Source of the DNA: a virus
Taxonomy: Duplodnaviria; Caudoviricetes
Direction: 5' to 3' (one strand)
Virus record (IMG/VR): IMGVR_UViG_3300049982_000332
Coordinates: 916-64,915 of that record
Length of the DNA: 64,000 bases
The position numbers and the translations under genes are program-made. Every line of letters begins with the position of its first letter. The first letter of the stretch is position 1. Shown piece by piece: positions 9,415 to 18,707 of the stretch. The notes beneath the pieces were generated by a model. It saw only the letters and a list, made by a program, of their open reading frames with translations. It ran no database searches and was not told the DNA's origin.

Positions 9415-9923
9415 TGTACGCCACCCAGGACCGGGACCACGACGCCCTGTGGCTGCTCCAGGGAGAACTGAAAGTCAACGACGCCATCGTGGCCAAGCAG
9501 CGCACCAAGAAGCAGTCGCCCCGTAAAACGCGCAGCGTGGCGACCCCGATCTCAAGCATCCCCGCAACCGACGATCAGCAGCGCAAAACGCTGCGGGTGA
9601 TGTGCCGCCTGGCCGACAACCACGGATGCTCGGCCATGCGCAAAGACCCGGGGCCGTGCACAGACCCGCGGCACAACGCCGACGCCGCGCTGGCCCGGGA
9701 AGCCCTGCTCGCCCTCGGCATCCTGCAGTCCGCGATCACCATGCCCGTCCGGGTCAACGGAGCCGCCGCCAAGGCCACCGGGGTGTGCGCCCAGTGCGGC
9801 CGGATCGCCAACCTCCGCAAAGACCGGACGGTGATCGCCCACACCCGCTCCAAGAGCGCGCCCGCCGGGTCGCCGCACTGCCCTGGCACCCACATGCAGC
9901 CCCGATCGGAGGCCACCCCGTGA
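9414..9923 (+). CDS. Zinc-finger hypothetical protein
   Basis: TGATG coupling; CAQC...H...C. Confidence 0.65.
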   Translation: MYATQDRDHDALWLLQGELKVNDAIVAKQRTKKQSPRKTRSVATPISSIPATDDQQRKTLRVMCRLADNHGCSAMRKDPGPCTDPRHNADAALAREALLALGILQSAITMPVRVNGAAAKATGVCAQCGRIANLRKDRTVIAHTRSKSAPAGSPHCPGTHMQPRSEATP

Positions 9924-10879
9924 CCGCGCTGTTCCCGGTCTCCGAGGCGTACACCGAAGACCCGCTCAATCCGGGGCTTGAAAACCCCACGCCCGTCGAG
10001 GTAGTCGCAGAACTCACCCCGCAGCAACGCAGGCTGCGCGTCAAAGGTCTAACCGCCCAAGCCTGGGAGATCATCGACACCGCCCTAGGGGAGCGCCTGC
10101 GCGGCCGACAGCTCGTCGCCCGATGCCTGCTGTGGTCCGGCGGCAAAGACTCCAACACCCTGGCCCACCTGATGCGCGGCTACGCCACACACGCGATCCA
10201 CGCCAACACCGGGATCGGCATCGAGGAAACCCGGCAGTTCGTGCGCGACACCGCCGCCGCGTGGAATCTGCCGCTCATCGAAAAGTGTCCGCCGCCCGGT
10301 AGCACTTACCGCGAGCAGGTGCTCGAGCACGGATTCCCCGGGCCCGCCTTCCACTACAAGATGTACCAGCGGCTCAAAGAGCGGGCCCTTGACGAGGCCC
10401 GCCACGACCTGGGCGTGGCCAACTCGCGCACCAAAGCCGCCCTGTACATCGCCGGGCGTCGCCGCCAGGAAAGCAAACGGCGCGAGAAGGTGCCGCTGCA
10501 TGAGGACGACGGCTCGGTGATCTGGGCGTCGCCCATCGCCATGTGGACGTCCCTGGACTTGAACACCTACCGAGACCTGCACGCCGACGTTCCGCACAAC
10601 CCTGTCACCGACAAGATCCACATGTCCGGCGAGTGTCTATGCGGTAGCTACGCCCACGAGGGCGAGCGGGAAGAACTCGAATTCTGGTTCCCCGAAGTGG
10701 TCGCCGACATCGCCGCCCTTGAAGCGGACGTACGTGCGGCCGGACACGAACAGCCCCGATGCGTCTGGGGCTGGGGTGCCGACAGCGACGAGATGCCCTC
10801 AGAAACCGGTCGTCTGTGCAACAACTGCCCCGCGCCGAAGAGAAACCAGAACGCCATATTCGAGGCAGGTGCCCTGTGA
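9920..10879 (+). CDS. Phosphoadenosine phosphosulfate (PAPS) reductase-family protein
   Basis: PP-loop SGGKDS, NTG, RRQES..R, C-terminal SGECLCG cluster. Confidence 0.85.
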   Translation: MTALFPVSEAYTEDPLNPGLENPTPVEVVAELTPQQRRLRVKGLTAQAWEIIDTALGERLRGRQLVARCLLWSGGKDSNTLAHLMRGYATHAIHANTGIGIEETRQFVRDTAAAWNLPLIEKCPPPGSTYREQVLEHGFPGPAFHYKMYQRLKERALDEARHDLGVANSRTKAALYIAGRRRQESKRREKVPLHEDDGSVIWASPIAMWTSLDLNTYRDLHADVPHNPVTDKIHMSGECLCGSYAHEGEREELEFWFPEVVADIAALEADVRAAGHEQPRCVWGWGADSDEMPSETGRLCNNCPAPKRNQNAIFEAGAL

Positions 10880-11274
10880 CCGTCACGTTCCCCGCCGACC
10901 TGATCCGCCCTTGGTACCCGGCCGGGCGCGAAGGCCACATCTACGCCGACTGTGAGCACCTGCTCCGCGACGTCCCCGAGCCCGCGAAAGGCGCCGGGTG
11001 GTTGGACCCGCGCGGCCCCGGCGTGTGCAAGCCCTGCCTGATCCGCCACATCCCACCGTGGGACGCCGAATGCGGCACCTGCAAAGCCTCCATCGCCGAC
11101 GACCGTGGTTTCAGCGGCGCCCCGTACAGCGAGGACGACGCCAAACGGTGGCAGGCCGAGCACCAGTGCCAGCCCAAGATCCGGCTGATCCCGCCGCCCC
11201 GCAAGCCCGCCCCGGCCGTCTCCGCCGGTCAGACCGCCCTGTTCCCCTCCGACCTTGAGGACGCCGCAGCATGA
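10876..11274 (+). CDS. Cys-rich hypothetical protein
   Basis: GTGA coupling; CKPC and CGTC. Confidence 0.65.
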   Translation: MTVTFPADLIRPWYPAGREGHIYADCEHLLRDVPEPAKGAGWLDPRGPGVCKPCLIRHIPPWDAECGTCKASIADDRGFSGAPYSEDDAKRWQAEHQCQPKIRLIPPPRKPAPAVSAGQTALFPSDLEDAAA

Positions 11275-12374
11275 AACTCTCCGTCAACCGTGACGTCTTG
11301 GCCGACGCTGTCGCCTGGGCCGCCCGCGCCATCTCCCAGCGCCCCACCACCCCCGTCCTGGCCGGTCTCGTCCTCGACGCCCGAGACGACACGCTCACCC
11401 TGTCCGCGTTCGACTACGACGTGTCCGCGCGGGCCACCGTCGAGGCCACCGTCGCCGAACCCGGGCGGGCGCTGATCCCCGGACGCGTCCTCGCCGAGCT
11501 CGCCAAAAACCTGCCCAACCAGGACGTCTACATCGCAGCGTCCGAAACCGTCCACGAAGTGGAGATCAGGTGCGGGGGCGCCGAGTTCGGGCTGCCCACC
11601 ATGCCGCTCGACGACTACCCGACGCTCCCCGAGTCGCCGAAACTGCTCGGCACCGTCGACGCCGGACTGTTCCGCGCGGCGATCAGCCAAGTGTTCCCGG
11701 CCACATCCCACGACGACACGCTGCCGATGCTCACCGGCATCCGCTTCGACATCGACGGCGCCGACGTGTCCCTCGGGGCCACCGACCGGTACCGCATCGC
11801 CGACCGCGCCTTCACCTGGGACCCAGAGGAGAAGGCGCAAGCCGGGATCGTCATCCCCGGGAAGGCCCTGCACGAGATCAGCCGAGGCCTCGGCACCGGG
11901 CCCGTCCAGGTGGGCCTCGACAAGAACATGGCGTCATTCGCCTGCGACGGCCGCACCACAACGGTGCGACTCCTGGACGACCAGTTCGTCGACTACCGCT
12001 CCCGGCTCGACGTCGAATGCCCGATCTGGGCCGAGGTGGACATCGCGCCGTTCCTGGCCGCGACGAAACGAGTCGCGCTCATGGCCGAGAAGAACACCGC
12101 GGTACGGCTCGCCTTCACCGACGGCGAACTCACCATCCGGGCAGGCGGAGGCGACATCGGGCGCGGATCGGAAACCATCCCCGCCGAGCTCGACGGCGAG
12201 CCGATCGAGATCGCGTTCCAGCCGCAGTACCTGCTCGACGCCCTCGCCGCCGCGGTGGTGGACGCCGAGCGGGTGCGCATCGGCATGGACGCGCCGAACA
12301 AGCCCGCCCTGGTCGTCCCCGCCGGTGACGCACCCGCGTTCCGCGAGTTGGTCATGTCGCTGAGGTTGTCCTGA
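11271..12374 (+). CDS. dnaN: DNA polymerase III beta sliding clamp homolog
   Basis: 367 aa; MKLSVNRDVLADAVAW, FDYDVSA, ATDRYR, IAFQPQYLLDAL, LVMSLRL. Confidence 0.92.
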   Translation: MKLSVNRDVLADAVAWAARAISQRPTTPVLAGLVLDARDDTLTLSAFDYDVSARATVEATVAEPGRALIPGRVLAELAKNLPNQDVYIAASETVHEVEIRCGGAEFGLPTMPLDDYPTLPESPKLLGTVDAGLFRAAISQVFPATSHDDTLPMLTGIRFDIDGADVSLGATDRYRIADRAFTWDPEEKAQAGIVIPGKALHEISRGLGTGPVQVGLDKNMASFACDGRTTTVRLLDDQFVDYRSRLDVECPIWAEVDIAPFLAATKRVALMAEKNTAVRLAFTDGELTIRAGGGDIGRGSETIPAELDGEPIEIAFQPQYLLDALAAAVVDAERVRIGMDAPNKPALVVPAGDAPAFRELVMSLRLS

Positions 12375-14878
12375 TGACCGCCACCTACACCGAGTTCCTG
12401 TCGGCCAAGGCCTCGCTCGCCGTCCCCGCAGGGCTCGACGTCGACCCGTCCGACGTGCACCCCATCCTCAAACCGCACCAGCGGGACGCCGTGGTGTGGG
12501 CGGTCCGCGGCGGCCGCCGCGCCGTGTTCGCCTCGTTCGGCCTCGGCAAGACCCTGATCCAACTGGAGATCCTGCGGCTCGTCCTCGCGAAGCTGGGAGG
12601 CGGCCGCGGCCTGATCGTGCTGCCCCTCGGGGTGCGGCAGGAATTCACCCGCGACGCGCGGCTCCTCGGCCTCGAGGTGAGGTTCATCCGCGACGCCGGC
12701 GACGCGGCCGCGGACGGCATCTACATGACCAACTACGAGACCGTCCGGGACGGCAAGCTGGACCCTCGGGAGTTCGACGCGGTCAGCCTGGACGAGGCGG
12801 CGATCCTGCGCGGGTTCGGCGGCTCCAAGACGTTCCGTGAGCTGATGCGCCTGTACGAAGGCAGCGGAAACTACCGGTTCGTGGCCACGGCCACCCCGAG
12901 CCCGAACGAGTACATCGAACTGCTCGCCTACGCGGCGTTCCTCGACGTCATGGACGTCGGACAGGCCAAAACCAGGTTCTTCAAACGCGACTCCACCAAG
13001 GCCGACAAGCTGACGTTGCACCCGCACAAGGAAGCGGAGTTCTGGCTGTGGGTCGCCTCGTGGGCGATGTTCCTGCAGCGGCCGTCCGACCTCGGGCATT
13101 CCGACGAGGGTTACGTGCTGCCGCCGTTGGACGTGCACTGGCATGAGGTGTCCACCGTCCAAGCCGAAGCGGTGTTCGACCGGCGCGGCCGCGCCCCCCT
13201 GTTCCGGGACGCATCCCTCGGCGTCCAGGAGGCGGCCGGCGAGAAGAGGGACAGCCTCGAGGCGCGGGTCGCCAAGATGGCCGAGCTCGTCAACGAGGCC
13301 CCCGACGACCACTTCCTGCTGTGGCACGACCTGGAGGCAGAGCGGCACGCCATCGCGGCCTCGCTACCGGATGCGGTCGCCGTGTGGGGGTCGCAGGACC
13401 TCGAGGAGCGGGAACGCCGGATCGTCGGATTCTCCGACGGGGAGTTCCGGCTGCTGGCCACCAAACCGGTGATCGCCGGGTCCGGATGCAACTTCCAGCG
13501 GCACTGCCACCGTGCCGTCTTCGTGGGCATCGGATTCAAGTTCGCCGACTTCATCCAGGCCATCCACCGGATCCACCGTTTCCTGCAGGGGAAGCCTGTG
13601 CGCATCGACCTGATCTACACCGAGGCCGAGCAGGGGATCCGCACCGGCCTGGAACGCAAATGGGCCCAGCACGAGCAGCTGGTCGCCCGCATGGGGGAGA
13701 TCATCCGCGAGTACGGCCTGTCGCAGGAAGCCATGTCGGCGACCTTGCAGCGGTCGATCGGGGTGGAGCGTGTCGAGGTCGCCGGCGAAGGCTACCGCCT
13801 GGTCAACAACGACACGGTGCCCGAAACGGCAGCCATGGAGACGGAGAGCGTCGACCTGATCGTCACGTCCATTCCGTTCGCAACCCAGTACGAGTACACC
13901 CCGTCCTACAACGACTTCGGGCACACCGACGACAATGACCACTTCTGGCGGCAGATGGCCTACCTCACCCCCGAGTTGCTGCGGGTGCTGCGCCCCGGCC
14001 GGGTCGCCGCCATCCACGTCAAAGACCGGGTAGTGCCCGGCGGGATGACCGGGTTGGGCTTCCAGACGGTGCACCCGTTCCACGCTGAAGCGATCGCGCA
14101 CTTCAACCGGCATGGGTTCGCCTTCCTCGGCATGAAGACGATCGTCACCGACGTGGTGCGGGAGAACAACCAGACCTACCGGCTCGGCTGGACCGAACAG
14201 TGCAAGGACGGCAGCAAGATGGGCGCCGGGCTCCCCGAATACCTACTGCTGTTCCGCAAGCCGCCCACCGACGCGAGCAACGGGTACGCCGACACTCCGG
14301 TGGTGAAGTCCAAGGCGGAGTTCACGCGAAGTCGCTGGCAGGTCGACGCTCACGGGTTCGCCCGCTCCAACGGCAACCGGCCGCTGATGCCCGAGGACCT
14401 CGCCGGGCTGCCCGCCGACCAGGTGTTCAAGCTGTTCCGCGGCCACTACCTGGACAATGTCTACGACTACGAGGACCACGTCCGCGCCAGCGAGGCGCTC
14501 GAGGACTCGCGGCGCCTGCCCAGCGGGTTCATGCTGCTGCAACCCCCGTCGTGGCATCCGGATGTGTGGACCGACGTCGCCCGGATGCGGACGCTCAACA
14601 TGATGCAGGAGCGCAAAGGCCAGCAACATCATTTGTGTCCGCTCCAGTTCGACATCGTCGACCGGCTCATCGCCCAGTTCTCCATGCCCGGGGAGACGGT
14701 GTACGACCCGTTCGCCGGGCTGATGACCGTCCCGTACTGCGCGCTGAAGGCGGGCCGGCGAGGCCTCGGCGTGGAGCTCAACCCCGGGTACTTCCGCGAC
14801 GGCGTGGCCTACGTGGAGGGGGCCGCGCGGGAGGCGTCGATGCCGACGCTGTTCGACCTCATCGAGGAGACGGCGTGA
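12374..14878 (+). CDS. SNF2-like helicase fused to N4/N6 DNA methyltransferase
   Basis: GLGKT, DEAA, ATATP and GCNFQ helicase motifs; C-terminal VTSIPF and YDPFAGLMT methyltransferase motifs. Confidence 0.88.
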   Translation: MTATYTEFLSAKASLAVPAGLDVDPSDVHPILKPHQRDAVVWAVRGGRRAVFASFGLGKTLIQLEILRLVLAKLGGGRGLIVLPLGVRQEFTRDARLLGLEVRFIRDAGDAAADGIYMTNYETVRDGKLDPREFDAVSLDEAAILRGFGGSKTFRELMRLYEGSGNYRFVATATPSPNEYIELLAYAAFLDVMDVGQAKTRFFKRDSTKADKLTLHPHKEAEFWLWVASWAMFLQRPSDLGHSDEGYVLPPLDVHWHEVSTVQAEAVFDRRGRAPLFRDASLGVQEAAGEKRDSLEARVAKMAELVNEAPDDHFLLWHDLEAERHAIAASLPDAVAVWGSQDLEERERRIVGFSDGEFRLLATKPVIAGSGCNFQRHCHRAVFVGIGFKFADFIQAIHRIHRFLQGKPVRIDLIYTEAEQGIRTGLERKWAQHEQLVARMGEIIREYGLSQEAMSATLQRSIGVERVEVAGEGYRLVNNDTVPETAAMETESVDLIVTSIPFATQYEYTPSYNDFGHTDDNDHFWRQMAYLTPELLRVLRPGRVAAIHVKDRVVPGGMTGLGFQTVHPFHAEAIAHFNRHGFAFLGMKTIVTDVVRENNQTYRLGWTEQCKDGSKMGAGLPEYLLLFRKPPTDASNGYADTPVVKSKAEFTRSRWQVDAHGFARSNGNRPLMPEDLAGLPADQVFKLFRGHYLDNVYDYEDHVRASEALEDSRRLPSGFMLLQPPSWHPDVWTDVARMRTLNMMQERKGQQHHLCPLQFDIVDRLIAQFSMPGETVYDPFAGLMTVPYCALKAGRRGLGVELNPGYFRDGVAYVEGAAREASMPTLFDLIEETA

Positions 14879-15053
14879 CCGGGTCGGCCGGGGGCAGCGT
14901 GATCGTGCCGTCCACGTATCCGAGCAGCAGTTCGCGGACGACCGCGACCAGCGGCAGGCCGTCGCCCGCGGCGCGTTCCTTCGCGGCCGCCCACAGGTCC
15001 TCGTGGATGGGAATGCCCAGCGTTTTCACGCCCTCGGCGCGCTTGCCTGGCAT
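14859..15053 (-). CDS. Ribbon-helix-helix-like DNA-binding protein
   Basis: KTLGIPIHEDLWAAAKERA..DG.PL..VVRELL pattern. Confidence 0.6.
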   Translation of the reverse strand: MPGKRAEGVKTLGIPIHEDLWAAAKERAAGDGLPLVAVVRELLLGYVDGTITLPPADPVTPSPR

Positions 15054-15054
15054 G

Positions 15055-15273
15055 TCAGGCCACCCACGCAGCCGGGCACATGATGTGGGCGTTCTGGGCG
15101 TCCCTGGGGGCGTCGGCGAAGTGGTGGCGGATCCACGCGCGGCCGGCGAACGTGACCGGCTCCACCTCGGCCTCCGGGACGTGCACGGTGACGCGGCCGT
15201 CGGGGTCGACGGTGCCGCCGTTGCGGGTGATCCACGCCTGGTCGGTGGTCCTGAGCACGAACTTGGTGGTCAT
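15055..15273 (-). CDS. Small hypothetical protein co-transcribed with RHH gene
   Basis: SD-like purine run upstream; own promoter at 15293-15332. Confidence 0.65.
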   Translation of the reverse strand: MTTKFVLRTTDQAWITRNGGTVDPDGRVTVHVPEAEVEPVTFAGRAWIRHHFADAPRDAQNAHIMCPAAWVA

Positions 15274-15292
15274 CTCCGGTCCCTTCCCTTTG

Positions 15293-15332
15293 GGTATAGC
15301 TACACCGTAGCTCGGTATAGCTACACCGTCAA
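15293..15332 (-). promoter_or_regulatory. Leftward promoter overlapped by tandem 16-bp operators
   Basis: GGTATAGCTACACCGT at 15293-15308 and 15314-15329; TTGACG-17-TACGGT on minus strand. Confidence 0.75.
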
Positions 15333-15464
15333 GCCTGGCCGATTACAGGCCCCGCCCTCGCCCTGACCCCGTATGCCGATCAGCTCTGCTGGTCGATTCG
15401 GGGCCGATCCTCCTTGAACCCCGCCGTCCCCGATTCCCTGAGCACACCCCCGAAAGCGAGAGAC

Positions 15465-16541
15465 ATGGCCCGGATTCGATCCCTCAAGCCCGAGGCGTTC
15501 CAGTCGGAGACGTTGGCCAGCGTCTCGCTCGCCGCCGAGCGGACATTCTTCGGCCTATCCACTCAAGTCGACGACCGCGGCCGGATCGCTGACAAGCCGG
15601 CCGTCATCAACGGGGCGATCTGGGCTGTACGAGCCGAACGCGAACTCCACACCGCCAAGGATCTGGAGGCCGAGCTCGACGAGCTTGTCGCCGAGGAGGC
15701 GGTGTGTCGCTATGTCGGCTGCGACGGGAAGCGGTATCTGCACCTGGTGCGCTGGGACGACCACCAGAAGGTGGATCGGCCTGGGAAATCCCGACTGCCC
15801 CGTTGCTCGATGCACTCTCGCGAGGACTACTGCGGAAAGCACGAGGGTCCGTGCTCTCCTCGCGAGAGTCTCGCGAGGACTCGCGAGAGTGCATCGAGCC
15901 CTCGCGGCAGTGACGATGCGAACTCGCGAGCCCTCGATTCGCACCAAACCGGACAAAGCGAAGACACCCCTCCGTTGGGTGCTACTGGCGATCTGTCCAG
16001 GGAGGGCGAAATATCACGAGACGATAACGCCCCTAACGTTCACCTACTTGACCAGCAGAAAGAGTCAGCCTCGCGAGAGTCTCGCGAGCCCTCGATGCTG
16101 GATCTAGGATCTAGGACCTTGGATCGTGGATCTACTACTCCACCGACTCCTGCGGAGTCTGCCGCCTCCGGCGACGGAGTCTTGATCCACCTCCCGGTGT
16201 CGGAACCCGGCAACGACCGGAAGCCACCCGAGCTCGGGTCCGATCAAGACCTCGGCTTCGTCGCGTTCTGGGACGTCTACCCGCGCAAGGTGGGCAAACC
16301 CAGCGCCCGCGCCGCCTGGAAGAAAGCCGTCGGCAAAGCCCGAGCAGACCCGGCCGTCGTCATCGACGCCGCCAAGCGGTACGCCGCCAACCCGATGCGC
16401 CGCGCCCGCGGCCTGGAGTACACCGCGCACCCGGCCACCTGGCTGAACGACGAGCGCTACAACGACCAACCCGACCAGGACGAAGCCCGCGGCTGGGACG
16501 ACGTCGAAGAGACCACGCCAGGGGAGTTCAACCGCCGATGA
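15465..16541 (+). CDS. Phage replication initiator (theta, lambda O/DnaD-like organisation)
   Basis: MARIRSLKPEAF N-terminus; C-terminal FWDVYPRKVGK..A..AW...HPATWLN; directly upstream of helicase. Confidence 0.85.
   Translation: MARIRSLKPEAFQSETLASVSLAAERTFFGLSTQVDDRGRIADKPAVINGAIWAVRAERELHTAKDLEAELDELVAEEAVCRYVGCDGKRYLHLVRWDDHQKVDRPGKSRLPRCSMHSREDYCGKHEGPCSPRESLARTRESASSPRGSDDANSRALDSHQTGQSEDTPPLGATGDLSREGEISRDDNAPNVHLLDQQKESASRESREPSMLDLGSRTLDRGSTTPPTPAESAASGDGVLIHLPVSEPGNDRKPPELGSDQDLGFVAFWDVYPRKVGKPSARAAWKKAVGKARADPAVVIDAAKRYAANPMRRARGLEYTAHPATWLNDERYNDQPDQDEARGWDDVEETTPGEFNRR
15817..16135. repeat. Iteron-like CTCGCGAG array (putative replication origin) inside initiator gene
   Basis: Seven perfect CTCGCGAG at 15817, 15859, 15870, 15880, 15923, 16070 and 16081, followed by GGA(T/C)C(T/G) units at about 7-bp period near 16100-16135. 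Confidence 0.7.
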
Positions 16542-17791
16542 ACGACGACCACCTGCGGATGCTGCCGCACGACATCGAGCACGAGCAGTGCGTCCTCGGC
16601 GCGATGATGCTCTCGCCTGCCGCCGCCGCCCACGCCCTGGCCGAGCTGGGGACGCTGGACTTCTACCGGCCTGCCCACCAGGAGATTTTCGACGCCGCGT
16701 CGCGGCTGGTGCAGCGGGGCGAGCCGCTGGACGTGCAAACCCTGCGCGCCGAACTGGAACGCTCAGGCAAGACCAAGCAGGCGGGCGGAGCCATCTACCT
16801 GGTCGAACTGTCGGCGATCGTGCCGACCGCGTCCAACGCCCGCTACTACGTCGGCCACGTCCAGGAGCTGGGCACCAAGCGTGCCGCGATCGAGTCGGTC
16901 ATCCGGATCGGCGAGATGGGGTACAACGCCTCCACCAGCGCCGAAGACCTGATCGCCGCCGTGGAGGACACGGCCCGCCGGCTGCGACGCCTCACCGACG
17001 AGGGCATTTCGGAGCTGTCCACCCTGGGCTCGTTCGTCGACCAGCCCGACAGCGACTACGACTGGCTGATCCCCGGAGTGCTCGAGCGGATGGACCGCGT
17101 CATCGTGGTGGCGTCCGAAGGCGCCGGGAAAACCACGCTGGCCCGCCAGGTCGCGGTGATGCTCGCCGCGGGGGTGCACCCGTTCGCCCCGGCCACCTTG
17201 ATCCGTCCGGTGCGGTCGCTGTACGTCGACCTGGAGAACCCGCCGTCGCTGGTCCGCCGCAAAGCCCGCCACCTGGTGGATCTCGGCCGGCGCGTTGAGG
17301 GCTGGGACGACGCCCGCTGCTGGCGGTGGACCCGCCCGGGCGGGATCGACCTGCGTAAGCCGCACGATCAGCACCTGCTCGACCGGGTGATCTCCGACTC
17401 CCGGGCCGAGTTCCTGGCGATCGGCCCGCTGTACAAGGCGTTCACCGCGTCGGGGGACGCCGCCGAGCAGGTCAACGGGCAGGTGTCGCAGGTGTTGGAC
17501 CGGATGCGGGAACGGCACGGCATCGCGTTGTGGCTGGAAACCCACGCCCCGATGGAACAGAACGGGCAACGCTCCCTGCGGCCCCTCGGCTCGGGTGTCT
17601 GGTCGCGGTGGCCGGAGTTCGGGCTGGCGCTGCGCAAGTCGAAGGAACGCCCCGACCAGGTGTTCGTGGAGCGGTTCCGCGGCGACCGTGACGAGCGGGC
17701 GTGGCCGCACCGCCTGCAGCGGTCGTCGCCGTGGCCGTGGGCGGCTGTGTGGGACGGCGGCTACCCGGTGGAGGAGGCGACGTCCGCGTGA
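16538..17791 (+). CDS. Replicative helicase: DnaB N-terminal domain plus RecA-type ATPase
   Basis: LPHDIEHEQCVLGAMML DnaB-like N-terminus; Walker A ASEGAGKT. Confidence 0.85.
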   Translation: MNDDHLRMLPHDIEHEQCVLGAMMLSPAAAAHALAELGTLDFYRPAHQEIFDAASRLVQRGEPLDVQTLRAELERSGKTKQAGGAIYLVELSAIVPTASNARYYVGHVQELGTKRAAIESVIRIGEMGYNASTSAEDLIAAVEDTARRLRRLTDEGISELSTLGSFVDQPDSDYDWLIPGVLERMDRVIVVASEGAGKTTLARQVAVMLAAGVHPFAPATLIRPVRSLYVDLENPPSLVRRKARHLVDLGRRVEGWDDARCWRWTRPGGIDLRKPHDQHLLDRVISDSRAEFLAIGPLYKAFTASGDAAEQVNGQVSQVLDRMRERHGIALWLETHAPMEQNGQRSLRPLGSGVWSRWPEFGLALRKSKERPDQVFVERFRGDRDERAWPHRLQRSSPWPWAAVWDGGYPVEEATSA

Positions 17792-18012
17792 ACGATCCCG
17801 AGTTGCAGGCGGCCCTGGAGGCACGCGACATCGGCGCCGTGGTGGACCGCCTGTCCGACCTCCTAGCCCCACCTTCCGACCATGACGGCTGGGTGGTGGA
17901 CATGCTCGCCGACGGCATCCCCGAAGACGTGGACGACGAGTCCCGGGCTCGTATCCGCGAGGAGTTGCGTGACCGCCTCCCCGGCATCGCCGAAAGGACC
18001 ACCCATGCCTGA
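17788..18012 (+). CDS. Hypothetical protein
   Basis: GTGA coupling. Confidence 0.6.
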   Translation: MNDPELQAALEARDIGAVVDRLSDLLAPPSDHDGWVVDMLADGIPEDVDDESRARIREELRDRLPGIAERTTHA

Positions 18013-18316
18013 CCGCCGCCCTTCGCCGGAGTTCATGCAGACGATCAGCGAGGCCTTGGCGCAGCCCACGCAGGCGAGCACCTGCGGCCACGGCTACAAG
18101 CCGCGTTTCTGCCGCGTATGCCATGGCGAGGTGTGCACGTTCCCGCACAACGGGCCGCGCGGGAACGGCTGCGACGACTGGAAGTACCACGAGACCTGCA
18201 CTGGTTTCACGCCGGGCTACGAGACGTACCGCTGCGACTGCATCTGCTGCTGCTCGTACTGGCCGACGGCCAAGCCCGCTCGCATCGCCGCCGAAAGGAC
18301 CACCCGCAATGCCTGA
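18005..18316 (+). CDS. Cys-rich hypothetical protein
   Basis: AAAGGA SD; flanked by 17-bp direct repeats. Confidence 0.6.
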   Translation: MPDRRPSPEFMQTISEALAQPTQASTCGHGYKPRFCRVCHGEVCTFPHNGPRGNGCDDWKYHETCTGFTPGYETYRCDCICCCSYWPTAKPARIAAERTTRNA

Positions 18317-18707
18317 CCTGAGCCACCTCGCGCAGCTCGACTGCGACCCCACCCGCCTGTACCGGGTCCTGCGCCGCTCGGGGCTCCGTCCCTGGCCGCC
18401 AGAGCCGTACGGCCCGGCGGGCATCGTCGTCACCTTCCGAGACCGCGCAGGGTCGGTGATCGTTAGTCAGTGCGAGGTAGACGGCGCCCAGTGGATTCAC
18501 GCCTCGATCGCATGGGCAGACCGGACGCCGTCCTACGACGACCTGGTGACGTTGAAGGCCGGAGTGTTCGGCGACGACCGTGAGGCGTACCAGGTGTTCC
18601 CGTCGCGGGCCCGGCACGTGAACATCCACGCCCACGCCCTGCACCTGTGGGGCCGTGCGGACGGCGAGCAGGTGCTGCCGGACTTCGGCGCTGCGGGGAC
18701 GATCTGA
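18309..18707 (+). CDS. Conserved-looking phage hypothetical protein
   Basis: WIHASIA...PSYDDLVTLK...HVNIH.HALHLW. Confidence 0.7.
   Translation: MPDLSHLAQLDCDPTRLYRVLRRSGLRPWPPEPYGPAGIVVTFRDRAGSVIVSQCEVDGAQWIHASIAWADRTPSYDDLVTLKAGVFGDDREAYQVFPSRARHVNIHAHALHLWGRADGEQVLPDFGAAGTI

Noticed and set aside
9920-10879. Dnd/Ssp phosphorothioation operon
   Set aside because: No DndA/B/D/E or SspB/C-like partners seen
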